From positions 9,445,231 to 9,509,230 of the forward strand of contig MU054187.1 of assembly GCA_013239625.1 (NCBI GenBank): 64,000 nucleotides of DNA, read 5' to 3'. Shown piece after piece: positions 24,050 through 37,338 of the stretch. The stretch comes from Lama guanicoe (Eukaryota). Numbering within the stretch: position 1 is the stretch's first letter; each line of letters begins with the position of its first letter. Below the pieces are notes generated by a model that saw only the letters and a list, made by a program, of their open reading frames with translations, ran no database searches and was not told where the DNA came from. A program made the translations under genes and the position numbers.

Positions 24050-25865
24050 GTTTCAATGATGAAATAAAAATTGCTGGTCCTTTTTGGCTCTTACATTGTC
24101 TTCAATGTAGATTTTACTTAAGACTTTGTAGGAGAAACTGACAAAAGACATTACATTACACACCTTATGGGATTCAACTTGAAAATACTCCACTTGATAT
24201 TTTGGGTCTCCCAAAGTCCCTCTTTAAAGCCAACTAACTCTGGGGCATCTTCCCTCCTCTGGTCCTAGGGCCTTCCTCCACAATTACAAAAAACAATTCA
24301 GCAGAACTACAGCTTCTAACACCAAATCTGCTTACCCCAATCCATCTTAGGTTCTGCTGAACAAAGAGTATTCTGGTTAATAGAACCTCCCTCCTTCGAA
24401 AGTAATTGTTCACCATTCTTATTACTTGCACAGTCCTGGTTAAAATAAGAGAAGTCATCTGGATGCAGCCAAGTTTCTGCTGAGTGTGGCTGATACGGAG
24501 AGGAGAGAAGCCAGTGTGAAGATGGGAAGGAGGCAAAGTCCTTCCCAAAAGATGGGCCCAATAATCTAAATCCCATACTTATTTCTGAGTTGTCTCAGGA
24601 TTTTAAGTTTTAAACTTTCCAAAACCCTTCTCTTTGGGAAAATTGAGGAAACAAAATATACTACTTCTATGACAAAAGAGAAATGTCTAAATCTATTGAC
24701 TTCACTGAGAATATCCTTCTGTATGGTCCATAATCTAATTTTACTAATTGAATAGGAATCTAAATGTAAAAAAATGAAAGTAACCTGTTTCAAGATGTTG
24801 CATTTGCATGGGCTACTGGTTACCAAGGGAATAGAAAAGAGCTATGGACAAGAAAAAGCTGTGAAAGTTCACTTTGGGGGAAAAAAAATACAATGATGAG
24901 TCAAAGTAGACACAAAAATCACAAACCCCACTGATTAAAGCAATATTCCTTGAGAATGACTGAAATTAAACTTTTCTATTTCATTTATCTCTAGAAAATA
25001 TTTTCTGAATCCTATAGGGTGACTCTTGACCACAATTAATTTTTTTTTAAACAAACAAGTCTTCAGTGATTTTTCTTTCTTTGTGTGTATGTGACTTTTA
25101 AATTTTTCTTAAATATCTAGAACCAAAAATGAAACCTAAAAATAGGTTTGTGTTATTCTGGTTGTTGTTTATGAAGAATTAAGATGACAGTTTTAAATAA
25201 ATTTTGAATTGAAATTCACCCAGCAGCCTTGTTATAACCTCCTACTGGTATCGTGATATAGCTACCACATTGCCTTGGGAAAGTTACAGTGTCCTGTTCA
25301 ATTTATTTTAAGATTATCCTTCATTCAGGTAATTGCAAGAAAAATTCAGTAAGCTTAAGGCAAAGTACTGTAATAAGGCTGTGAATTCCAGATCCCCTTT
25401 TAATTTAGGCTGTTTTGTCTTTATTTTTGCATTCTGATATTTGTTCCTTTCTATTCCCTCTTTCTTAAATTCTGCATTTATCTTTTTAAAATTCATCCTC
25501 ATACATTTCACTCAGAGTTGCCAATGCAGTAAGAAAAATAGTATAATGCTTTTCATCAAAGTCATTCCCAACCCTGTTTTTGGTCACTGGTAAATCTAAC
25601 AAATACTTTGGTGGAAATTGTTCATGTTAGTCTTGGGCAAAAGAATAAAACATTATCTTCTAGCACAAAGAAATCTCCTAACTGATATCTCATTTAAAAA
25701 ATTTTTTTAAATTTTACTTGCTAGTATTAAAAAATGAATAGCATAGATTTCCTGCATTTTTATAAAAGTAGTGACAAGTTGTTAAAATAAAAGGTCTGCA
25801 TAGAGAATGTAACTCATTCCAAAACTCCCAGAGTTGAAGATTCTCTTAATAGAACAGAACAGAGA

Positions 25866-26135
25866 AGACTTACAGATACAGAAAACAAACTAGTGGTTAC
25901 CAGTGGGAGAGAGAAGAGGGGAAGGGACACGATAGGGGTATGAGATTAAGAGACAGAAACTACTATATATAAAATAAAAAGCTACAAGGATATATTGTAC
26001 AGCATAGGGAATATAGCCAATATTTTATAATAAATTTAAATGGACAATAATCTATAGAAATATTGAATCACTCTGTTGTTCACCTGCACCAATATAATAT
26101 TATAAACTATACTTCAATTAAAAATTAATTAATTA
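25866..26135 (+). mobile_element. L1 3' end (L1MA9/cetartiodactyl type)
   Basis: agatacagaaaacaaactagtggttaccagtggg...gctacaaggatatattgtacagcatagggaatatagcc...aactatacttcaattaaaa. Confidence 0.9.
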
Positions 26136-26464
26136 ATCAGGTCTCTTACTGAATCTTTTCTGCTCCTTACTCACTGAGTACATACAAAGAACTATATTTA
26201 GCAGTGATCTTTAGTAAAAAACAATTTCTAAACTCAGTATATTCTAAGTTTAATATAGATGAGGTGCTCTATAAATAAACCCTGAAGGAATGTATTACTG
26301 AAATACTGTATGGTATTGTTTTATGTGCTAAAGCCATCCTACTCATTTTATTAAGTATATCACAGAAGAGCAAATACAGCAGGTCGTAAGAAGTGAGAGG
26401 GTTAACAGTATAGCGCCAGTGGTACAACAAATGGAAGCCTGAGCTCTTTGCTCCTCTCTGTATA

Positions 26465-27112
26465 CAGTCAATTCCCATTATTCATGGATTCTGTACTGGC
26501 AAATGAGCCTTTTCACTAAAACTACTTGTAACCCCAAAATAAACAGTCACAGCACTTCATGGTCATTCATGGGCATGTGCAGAACAAGGAAAGATTTGAG
26601 TCACTGACGCACACATTCCCAGCTGAAGCAGAACAAGGTAGCAGATCAAGGTGACACTCTTCCTTCTCGTCCTAGCTCTCACACTGTAAATAAATATCCT
26701 TTTTACAGTCTATTTAATACCACACTTTTTGCGTTTTTATGCTTTTTTGTTGGTCAGTCCATTGCTTAAAATGACCCCCAAATTAAGTGGTGCTACAAAG
26801 TGTTCCTAAGTACATGAAGGCTACGATGTGCCTTTGGGGGAAAATGTGTGTGTTGGATAAGCTTCATTCAGGCATGACTTATAGAGCTGTGGCCATGAGT
26901 TCGGGGTAAATGAATCAACAATGTATATTAAATAAGGTGTCTTTAAATAGAAACACACACAAAACAAGATTGTGTACTGATTGCTTAATGAAAATATTGT
27001 GACCAGAGACTTAAAGGTACCTAACTATATTTCCCCTAGAAGCAATGGTTCAGTATTTGCTAATTCAGTTTCTCAGCAGCTCTACAGAACATAAGTACCA
27101 AAAATAACAAGC
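26465..27112 (+). mobile_element. MER82 (TcMar-Tigger) DNA transposon, near full length
   Basis: TA then cagtcaattcccattattc...tgtaaccccaaaat...ggataagcttcattcaggcatg...tttcccctagaagcaatggttcagtatttgctaattcag follows MER82 as recalled. Confidence 0.85.
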
Positions 27113-27124
27113 TGATCGTTTTAT

Positions 27125-28305
27125 CCAGGCCCATGGATTTTAACACCATATATATTCTGAAAACTCCCAAATTTATATCTTGACCCTAACAAATCCCCTG
27201 AAGAGCAGGTTCACTTATGCAACTGCCTTTTGATACCTTTAATAGGTGTGTAATAAGTGTCTCAAATTAACCAGGTTTAAAACAGAATATTGACTTTTCC
27301 CTCCCACAAACTTGTTTCCTCCCAGTCTTCCCCAAATGTTTATATGTCAACCCCTTCCACCAAGTTGCTCAAACCAAAACACTAAGAACTATCCTCCGTT
27401 ATTCTCTCTCTCTTGCCTCTCATATCCATTCCCACAATTCCTGATAGCTTTATTTCTCTCCCAAATCCATGCCTCCCTTATCTCTGCCTCCACTGCCACC
27501 ATCTCAGTTCAGGCCCCTGTCACCCCTCTGCCAGACTCCTGCAATAACTACCTACCTGTTTGACTCCTTCCATTCTGGCTCCCCACAATTCATTCTTCAC
27601 GAAGGAGCAAAAGTGATGCTATTAAAATGTAGATCAGATTATGTCACTCCCCTGCTTAAACTTCTCCAGTGTCTCCTCATTCCACTTAAAACATAAATCC
27701 AAACTCTCTATTTTAGCTGATAAGACTCTAAACAATCCAGCTCTTACCATCGCCAAACTTATCACCCACGGCCCTTCCCTCCCATACAGTTTTTCAGCAA
27801 CACTGGCCTTCTTTCTGCTACTTGAACACCCCAGGTTAGGGCTGTCAGATTTAGCAAATAAAAATAGAGGGTGCCCTGTTAGATTTGAATTTCAAATAAA
27901 AGTGAGTAATTTTTTGTATGAAATTCAAATCCAACAGGGCGTCCTCTAGTTCGTCTGGCAAAGCTCATCCCTGTCCTAGTGCCCTAGCACCTGCGATGGT
28001 TTCCTTCCCAGAGCCCCTGCTCCCGGTATTGTCATACGACTAACTTTGCTTTGTCATTCAAATCACAGAGCAAATATCACTTCCTCAGAAGATCACTGAG
28101 TGGTCACCCAATCTGTGTGGCTCCTAACACACACATCTTTCTCTATCCCAGTCACTTCTATCTTATTACTCTGTTTTCTCCTTCTTGTCACGTAAGTGCT
28201 GTGAGGCAGGCATCTCGTCCATCTTACCTACACTTTTACCTCATCACCTACAGTGTCTGGTATATGGCAGATGTTCAGTAAAATACTTGCTGAGTGAATG
28301 AGTGA
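27125..28305 (+). mobile_element. L2 LINE 3' portion (split by MER53)
   Basis: aactcccaaatttatatct; tcagattatgtcactcccctgcttaaa; cacactggccttctttctg-like; ends ...ttgctgagtgaatgagtgaatg. Confidence 0.8.
27837..27965. mobile_element. MER53 palindromic hAT MITE with central deletion
   Basis: tagggctgtcagatttagcaaataaaaat...tttgaatttca...tgaaattcaaat...gggcgtcct...tctggcaa; 30-bp internal inverted arms. Confidence 0.8.
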
Positions 28306-29979
28306 ATGTTCTGCCCAATGCACTAGCCTGGATAACACCTGTACATTTGAAAAGACCATGGGTCGTAGGAAATGAGTCAGCCTTCCACTTCAGAAGACGG
28401 GGAGAAGCAATATTAGAAGCAGCCATACAAACTGAGCGTGTGCTACTTGAATGACAGCCCTAATCCAAACTAACTTATCAACCTTCTCATCAGAAATATA
28501 CTAAGAAAGAAAGGAAACAGCAATTCTAATTTTTGGAAATGACCTGAATCATTCAAATTATCCCTTCTTTCAAAGAAAAGAAAAGTAAGTTTAGAATTTC
28601 TAGAAAACCGAGAAAAATGATCACTAATTAGATGTTGAATATTATTTATTCTAAGTAGCATATTAAGTGTAGGTCAAATGTTTAACATGATAGAGCTCTG
28701 TTTTGTGTAGGACAACCTTCTTGAATTAATACACCCTTACTTCCATGTTTAATAACAAAGGCTAGAACTTATGTAATATTTTATATCTTATAAAGTATGT
28801 TAAAATATGTAACCCCACTTGTTTACTCAAAGTGCTGTAACCTAGACCACAATTTTTCCATATTCAATTATTGCAGAGAATTCAAATTTAGTATTACCAT
28901 TATTTTTAGGATATTGTTATAAAACCCTCAGGTACAATATCGTTCCTACTGAAAAACATTATCCAATTTACAACAATCCATCTACAATGCCATTTCAAGA
29001 GTGCTTCGCTGCAAAAAACAAGTGCTTTCAAATGGTTAGCTTTTTAAACTCTAAAGTCCTGTTGATTTTAATTTACCTGGTCAAAATAGTGTCAGTGTAC
29101 TTTAGTCTGAATTTCCTGATTTCTACTTTTTGCATTCATTGCAATAAGGGAACTAATTATTAGTTCTTTAGGAAATTGTCAGTGAAAGAGAATGCCAGAA
29201 CAACATACATATGGATTCCTCAAAAGCATGGTCACCACTATTCTCTTACTTTAAACCCACATTACTTGGTTCCAAGCCTTAAAGTTGAATAGTCTTTAAT
29301 TCCTCTTTGAGGCTCACAGTAGGGGTTAAGGCTGAGTTGCTCTCTTGGCCTCCACCCCTTAATAGCTGAGAGAGAGATTGATACCTCTTTGGCACAGGGA
29401 TGCTTTCATCCAGGGATGTGGCAGCAGTTCCATTTGTTTCCTCCTCCTTAATCTCTAGTTCTTTCTCACTGCTCTGTTCAATTAATTGCTGTTGTTCCAA
29501 GCACACTGGGAAATCTAGCAGCAGGAAGAATTACATGACTGCAAAATAGATAATTCAGACATCAGACCATTATGGTGTGTGTCCAAAAATGAAAATGACT
29601 GGGAGAAGCCACAATCTCAATTTATTCTTGGACCTCCCTGTAACACATTTGACAATACATTTTTGTTCTCTATGTGCCAAATAACATACGTACATAGCCC
29701 AGAGTGCTAATTATTTCAATTCACATAAGGGATTGGAGGTTTCTTCCTAAGACCTTCAGACAATGGTACAGATGGCATCTCAGTTCCAAGCCTATCCATT
29801 CACTACTTCTATCTCTTCTTAACTTCTATCTGCAAAAAAGTAAAACAAAACTTGCGCTCTTCTTTTCATCTGGCTGTCCCTCTTCACAACATCCAGGTGA
29901 CATCTGTCCTGCCATAAATTAGAGAGGCAAGGGGCTCCTGGCAGTTGTTCAACTGGTTCAGATCAGAGGACCTGAAGAC

Positions 29980-30350
29980 TCATTCACTCACTTAATCATT
30001 CGCTTATTTATTCAATATGTATTTGTTAAATGTCTACAAAGCATTGTGCTAAGTACTGTGAGAAAATAAAAATGATTCACATCTAGGGCTTATCCTGAAG
30101 GAGTTTACTGTCTGCCAGCAGAAATAAAACATGATGTAAGTAAATAACTTTTATAATGCCAGGAGAGAGTGTGATGCAGCCCATAGAGAAAGAGAGCCTC
30201 CAAAAAGCTACTGAGTCACGGCTAATAAAGTCTGAGAAAGTTTCATAAAGAAGGTGGCATGTGAGTATAAGTAGGGCTTGAACCTTGGAAAGGGAAAGAA
30301 GGACATTTAGGCTCAGCTGCCAGCCTGAGCAAAGGCATAGTGGACGGAGC
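29980..30350 (-). mobile_element. L2 3' remnant
   Basis: cattcactcacttaatcattc...tttgttaaatgtctac...agaaagtttcataaagaaggtggcatgtgag. Confidence 0.6.
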
Positions 30351-30499
30351 GCGAGAGCACACGGCATCTCCCAACAGTTCAGTACAGTGCAAAGAACCCT
30401 AGACTTGAATCAAAATCATGAGGCAAGCCAAAATAACTAAAATACTTTCTAGAAATTATTTTATATCTTTTTGTATCAATTATTTCTAAATATCCTCTT

Positions 30500-30760
30500 T
30501 CAAAATTTAGATCATATGTAAACTTTTTTCAATATACTGTGAATATCTTTTCATGTCAATAAAAATACTTCTATATAGTATCTTTAATAGCCAGATAGAA
30601 TTCCATAATTTGAACATATTATTTAAACAACCCTTTCTTGCAGGACATTTAGATGGGTTTACATTTTTTAATGCTGTGATGACTATTCATGAGTGTGGTG
30701 GGGGGTATGTATCTTTGCATGTATCACTGATCATTTCTGGAGCATAAATTTCTCCTCAAA
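30500..30760 (-). mobile_element. Old L1 (L1ME-like) fragment
   Basis: ggacatttagatgggttt...aatgctgtgatgactattcatg...tatctttgcat. Confidence 0.5.
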
Positions 30761-31115
30761 AACTTCTAGGTTACTTTAAGTCTTCTAGAAAGGGCATCTG
30801 CAACAGCTGCCCATGAGAACTAGCACTTCAGTTCCGAAAAGCTGCTGGTTCCTGGTTGGCCATGAGAGGAAGCCATTCTTACCTTTCTTTTTTGTTACCT
30901 CCATGCCCAAAACAGTGTTAAAAACATAATTAAGAAAATAAATACTTTTTGGATTTGGGAACTGAATTCATTTTAAAATAGCTATAATTTAAAAAAAAAA
31001 GAAAGAAAGGAATAGTTTATCAAGAGATAAGCAACTTAAATTTTTTATAAAAATGTGCAGGTTTTTACCAATGATTGTATGTTAGCTTTCCTATTGAAAA
31101 TAAAATAGCATCAGA

Positions 31116-31119
31116 AAAA

Positions 31120-31150
<31 letters not shown>

Positions 31151-31165
31151 AAATAAAATAAAATA
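31116..31165. repeat. (AAAT)n/(AAAAT)n microsatellite
   Basis: Direct read. Confidence 0.9.
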
Positions 31166-33171
31166 GCTATCATTTCCTACACCCACTGCTTGTTCAAGCT
31201 TCTCCCTGTACTTCTCGTCCAAAGATGAAGTCAAATTTTTAAAAATCAATGAGCTCAAACTCAGAGTTGGAGAGAACAGAACTATTATAAGTGCTTTCTT
31301 CACAAAATTCTTTCACTGAAAGTGACTGACAATCACTCATACAGAGTCCAGTTGCCATCTTTTGAGGGCCCACTGTGTGCTGGGCCAGGTACACCACTTA
31401 TATGATCTCTTATCCTAGTCTATGAGGTAGATGTTTTATTATCCCCGATTTATAGACAGTAGCTAATGATTTTTTTGAAGGGACTCACATTTACAGGGTG
31501 CATACTATGTTCTGGGCACTGTTCTATGCTTTCCATATTCATTCATTCAACAAAATATTTGTTTAGTATCTGCTATGTGCTAGGTGCTGTATTAAGCAAG
31601 AGAGCAGTGAACAAAACAGACAAAATCTCTGGCTTCACGAAGCTTATGTTGGGGAAGGTGGAAACTTATGAAGCTAAACAAGGAAACTAAAGCAGGTGAG
31701 ACCGTGAAAGGCACCTAAATGGGAAAATGGTGATGTGAGGTTCTCGTTCATTCTCACCGCAACTAAATGCAGTAGAGACTGCTATTACCTTCTTTTTACA
31801 AGTAAAATAACTTGAGACACAGGTCAAGTAACTTGCCCGGATTTTATGGAGCTTAAGTAGGTGAACAGTGGATGCACCACGGGGGCTGGAGGGGGTGCAG
31901 AGCCCTCACCCATATAATCTCTGTCAGCACCCCACCCACCCCAGGCTTTGAAGTGAGTAGCTGGTGTTTCCTCCCTGGAAAGCAGACTCAGAGCACCATT
32001 ACCTGCCCAACCTGCACAACACAGCAATATGATCACCCCCAGCCACAGCTCTGCGGAAGTTCTGTAGCTGCTGCAATAGATGAAGGACAGAGCTGTGCAG
32101 GATCTGCCAGGCACAAACAGAAAGAGAGAAATTATCCCTCATCCTGAAAACAATCCTGAGAGACAGACATTACTAACCCTTTGATAAATCCCAAAGCTTT
32201 ACAGATGGGCAAAACCGAGGGAAGTCAATTCTCCAGCCCAATGTCATACGGGTAACAATGGCTGAGGCAGGATTCCAACCCATATCACTCCAGTCCCTAA
32301 AGCTAAGGGAGATGATGGCCCCAGTTGGACTATGGCTCTGGACTTCAAGATGCCTTCTCAGGGTCACAGCTTCCAAGGGCAGGTGCATCAGACGGCCCAG
32401 GGCACAGCTGCTTGACTCCAGCAAGGTCTCTGAGAGAAAGCAGTGGGTGTATGGTGACAGAAAGTACTTATGAAATCATTTCTGAGGAAAGAAACAAAAA
32501 GACTCTTCACAAGAACCTGGCCTCAGAGCAGCAGCACGCTGTGAAGAGGCTGGCTGGAAGGAGAGGTGGTCTTGAGTCTTAAGTACTTTTCCACTCCCTG
32601 AACGATTTATTGGGCTCCCCACCCCACCGCCCTATGATTAATAGAACTTCAAGAGCTGTTCATTCTCCAGGCCATTTTGCTTTACGAAGCTTTGATTTGA
32701 AAAATGAGACAAGTAGTTTCAGTGCTGTCATCAATAGGAAATTAGGGGATAAAAAGAAATCTATTTAAATGGCTTTTAAATATTCACGAGGAGAGCCGTA
32801 GGGTCTCAGCCATGTTCCTCTTCTCTGTCCCTCGTGCCCAGACAACCTGTCACATCAGAAAAATGAACACAAACTGTGCCACTGTCAGCAGATGCTGAAG
32901 ACAGACAGTAAAGACAGTGCGGCCAATGTGGCCTGAGCACTTGTCCCACAAGGGTCTTTTACACAGTTTCTCTCAAGCAGGATACATGACAAGACGGCTG
33001 GAGAGTTACAGGGAGATAAAAATCTGATTCAAAAGAAGCCTTTAAGATTAATTCTATATAATTATTTCTCTGTCTTTCTAGCATCCAAGAAGATCAGAAC
33101 CAAATTTGAGGATCGAGCACAATGCTTGAGACCCCTTTGGTCAACAAATTTGTGGACCACTGTTCCTTGGA

Positions 33172-33412
33172 GAGGCAGGACACGACAGTGCTTAGGGGCA
33201 CGAGTTCCAGTATCAACCTGGTCTCAATACTGGCTCTACTGCTTACTACCTACGTGACTTAGGTATCATATTTAATCTGAGTCTCAGTTCTCCATCCCCC
33301 AAAGTGGAGATAATAACAACACCTGCCTCGAAGGACTCTTTTAAGGATTAAATGAGATAATGTACACAAATTCCTTTGTACACAGGAAGAACTCAATAAA
33401 AATCAGCTGTAA
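33172..33412 (+). mobile_element. MIR SINE (near full length)
   Basis: ggctctactgcttactacctacgtgactt...tctgagtctcagttctc...aggattaaatgagataatgtac...ctcaataaa. Confidence 0.85.
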
Positions 33413-33434
33413 TTACTGGGAAAGAAGAAGCCTT

Positions 33435-33930
33435 TAAGGGGGTATAAACTGGTACAATCTTTTTGGGTGCAATTTGTCAAATGCATCAAAATTTAAAATG
33501 CAGATTCCCTTTGACTCAGTGAGTCCACTTCCAGCACACTTATCAGAACAAGTGTATAGATCCATGGAAGGATGTTTGCTGGCACACTCTGTAATTCGAA
33601 AAAACAGCAAAGTAAACATGCATGGAGGAATGATTAAATGAATTATGATTATAGGTGTATAGCATGCAGTAAGGTCCACAAAATATTATTCTGTGCACGG
33701 AAGTAGGATGCAAGGCAGTATATTCAGTATGAACTCATTTATATAAAATATACAGGTACATATTTATATTTGCATTTAAAAGACAGAACAATTCACACTA
33801 AATGCTAGCAGTCAGGTGCTCTGGGGAGCAGGTGGGCTGGGGTCTGGGGAGAGGAGCCTTTCTTTAACTCTTCACCATATGTGGTTCTCCATTAGTTGAA
33901 TTTTGACAAGCAAGAGATACTTTATATGCT
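33435..33930 (+). mobile_element. Old L1 (L1ME-like) 3' fragment
   Basis: gtataaactggtacaatctttttgggtgcaatttg...atgcagattccctttgactcag...aggatgtttgctggcacact. Confidence 0.6.
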
Positions 33931-35309
33931 TTTAAAGGTATTTTAGAAAGATATTTTAAAAGATGTGTTTTTTAAAGATTTCATAATTTTGAGCTTAGTC
34001 ACTTACAGAAAGAAAAAAATTAAGCAAATCAGGTACAGACACACTAACAAATGAAGCTTTAAGCATATAATTATGTGGTTCATTTCAGCCATTCCAATTG
34101 AATAAAATTTAACATAAAAATAATACAGTTACAAATTTCACTTGGGATATACAGTGTAAATTAGATTTTTAAACTGTTTAATTGAATACATACTTTTTTT
34201 CTGTCTTTGTCAATGCAACCTTAGTTTTATTTTTTCTGACCCATGAATTCCCTTATAGGCCTATAAATCTGCCTGATGGGTATTTCCCCCGGATGTTTCA
34301 ATGTACTTAAAACAAACATTTCTGAAAAGAAATCTATCCTCTTCCCCAAATATCCTATTTTTTCTAAGAATAGTCCCATTCTCCGCACCACTGGGCTGGA
34401 AACTCTAACTCTAGTTGACTAGTCCTCTGCCTTATTCCCTCAGCAGACTGATGGTCAAGTACTTCTTGTTCTTCATCTAGTAGACCATAAACTCCCCAAA
34501 AGATGGATTCGTGTTCTATTCATCCTAGCACCCAGCTTCCTGCCTAGGGCCCAGTGGGTGCCAGATTAATGTTTTTTTTCAGTGAACAAATAGATGGAAG
34601 GAAGTAATTGGTCTTTATTTCCAGCAGATTCTTTCTTTCCCAACTCCTCATCCCTCACCCATTTTATTCAATAGTTCTCCCTGGTTGATAATTCAATAGC
34701 ACCATCATCATTGGTAATTTGCCACTTCTCAGATGAGAGCCCAACCCTTTCAAATTCAGTCATGAGTGGGATTTAAAGGGCTTTACTTGGTATATTCAGT
34801 GGTTTTCAAAGAAAACTTGAAAAATTCAAAGCTCTCGAAACTGAAAAACTCCCATAGGCCTTAAACTTCCATTGAGACTCTTACAAAACAGAAGAAAAGA
34901 ACATTTCTGAATCATTAGAGGGCTAAAGACCAAGTTACTTAATAATTATAAGGCCAATCCTTAAATATTATTTTATGAGGGGGATGCACACTCCTAAGAA
35001 CAGAATCATGTAATTTATAAATCACTTCTAAATAGCTCTCTGACTGCGACGTTCAGCTTATTAGGAGTTGTTAATATTCTATTACTCAGGGGTCATTAGC
35101 ACATTCTGCTGGCAGTATAGATCACATAATACCAAGTGACAAGGGGAGAACATGAAGCAGCCCAATTAGGATTTCTTTTAAGGTCTGTCATGACCTTCTC
35201 CCCAGAGTGTGAACTATATCTTGCAAAAGTTTGAAAATGCTACAACTTTTTTCCATTGAATGGGCTACTGCGGGGGGAGGGGTGGAGAGGAGATGACCTA
35301 AAGAGAAAA

Positions 35310-35600
35310 ATAGCTAACATTTATATGCTTTCTATACGCCATGCACAGTTCTAAATTCTCACAAAAACTTTGTGAGGTAAGTACTGTTATTATCCTCCTT
35401 TACAGATAAGGAGACGGAGTGCCCACTTAAGGTTAAGTCCAAGGTTACATAGCTTCGCCTTCCTCCCTCCTCTCCTGCCCATGGGGCTCCATCTCTATAA
35501 CTACCCTGAATATCAAACTCCATCTAAAGACCCCAGCCCACGACACCAGGATTGGAACCAAGTAGTCTGACTCCAGAGTCCTCACTCTTTTAACTCTCTG
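35310..35600 (-). mobile_element. MIR SINE with internal insertion
   Basis: atagctaacatttat...tgtgaggtaagtactgttattatcctcctttacagataaggagac...ggattggaaccaagtagtctgactccagag. Confidence 0.7.
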
Positions 35601-36940
35601 CTGCCTTCCCAGCTAGAATTACAGACAGAAAGAAACGTGCAAATCATTCTATAGCCTCATCTTTGCTGTTGACTTCTGCCCTCGCTTACACCAAACATTT
35701 GTTAGAATTGTTAAGTGTAAGCAACATTTGTCATACTTTGGCCCAAATTCTGGAAAGAGGGAAAAAAAACTGAGATCTTGGCTAATAACTACACCATTAT
35801 CAGGCCCCAAAATACAGTATTCTGTACTTTGAATACCCTAATATATATGTATTCATTATTCTTAATTCCATAATCAGTTCATCAATCCATATGATTGTCT
35901 CTCCTTCTGTTCATCATATACTATTCACTGTTTAAAATGTGAACCAAGTGTAGGCACACTGACAAATTTTAAGGTTTCCATTAACTCTAAATGGTTGATT
36001 GCATACTCACTCAGTGTCCTTACTCAAGTAACTTTAAACTTTCAACTTTTCTGTGGGGAAATGCTAACACACAAAGGAAAGAACAAAGAATTTCTCTCTC
36101 TCTCCTTCCCTCCCTCTCTCTCTCTTCTTTCTTGCAATATATCAGTGGGACAACTTAGAAACAAAAGCCAAAAGGACAAGTGCAGACCCAGAAGTTCCCA
36201 GAAAGTTTCCCCAATATCACAAGCTCCCAGGTGGAACGCCAGGGCCTCCCAAATTCTAATGGACTGCCAGCTGGGCACCGATTCATGTCTAAGGTGCAGC
36301 ATATTGGTGAGAGCTTCAAAAACACTTATCCTTTAATACACATGAGTTTTTTGGATTCCACGTTTCTAAAATTTACACGAATAATTCAAACAGGGAAATA
36401 ACTGCTTGTAGTATCTATTCTTGATGGTTCACCAGGAGAGTTTAAACAAGGCACTTATGATTCCTGTCTCGTCACTGACATGGGGCCCAGAGCTGGCTTG
36501 GCTCACGAACAGGGAAGAATGAGTCCATGTCCACAGAAATGCTTCAATGAAAGATGAACCAATGTTTCATGTTTTGACCTCAAGAGTCACGAATAAAATA
36601 CTAGCACTACAGAAAATGCACCAAGACACATGCAAGGATAACACACGGGTTTTCACTTTGCTAGAGTTTTATCATTGGTTTTAGGAGATGTTCTGGAAAA
36701 GGAAAGAGGAATTAGAACTGCAACCTAAAGAGTGTACAGAATCATTCCTTTGTTGAGATGGTCAGACTCATGCCAAAACCATGAGGTAAGAAAAACCAGC
36801 AAAAAAAAAAAAAGTGAAAATAACAATTTCTTTAAGTAGTAAGTGACATGGAGACATTCTCTTCTTCTTCTAAACTCATTGTGCATCTTGGGCTTTCTCC
36901 CACTTGATTTGGCCCTTTTTGTGTTTCCTTACCACAGAGG

Positions 36941-37338
36941 TGTTAAAGGACAAAGTTTAACTGATTTTAAAGATCTTATTTTAAAGATCTTACTGGCTTG
37001 ATTCAGTGATTCATGAATCAGGCAGCATCCAATCTAGCAGATAGAAAGGAGCTCTGAAGAACTGCACAAGGCAAGAGATTTTACAGGAGGAAGGGAGCAG
37101 GAACAAGGTAGTTACACTGGGAGTTTGCTGACTGGTTATTGCAAGGTTACTTTCCTCACATGGAACAAAGGGAAATTAGAGCCAGGTCAGGTAACTTGCG
37201 CTGAGCCGGCAAGCACTGAATGGTTGACCTAGGCCTGCCCTTTCTCGGAGGGCTGTGCACAGAAACTTAAGTTTTGGTTTGCTGACATGGGGCTTAGCAT
37301 GAGTGATTCCGTCTTGGGCCCAATCGGATTCTTTAACA
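36941..37338 (-). mobile_element. ERV1-type solo LTR (398 bp)
   Basis: Perfect 8-bp terminal inverted ends tgttaaag...ctttaaca; the minus strand carries aagacggaatcactcatgctaagcccc near its 5' end, an LTR-like motif; internal 14-bp tandem duplication attttaaagatctt. Confidence 0.7.

Noticed and set aside
27837..27965. miR-1302 family locus
   Set aside because: The central MER53 segment that yields mature miR-1302 (gggacatacttat-like) is absent from this copy
31183..31316. Minus-strand candidate exon (ctttcag|TGAAAG...)
   Set aside because: Every frame read from this acceptor contains a stop and the peptides are unrecognised; the donor is modest
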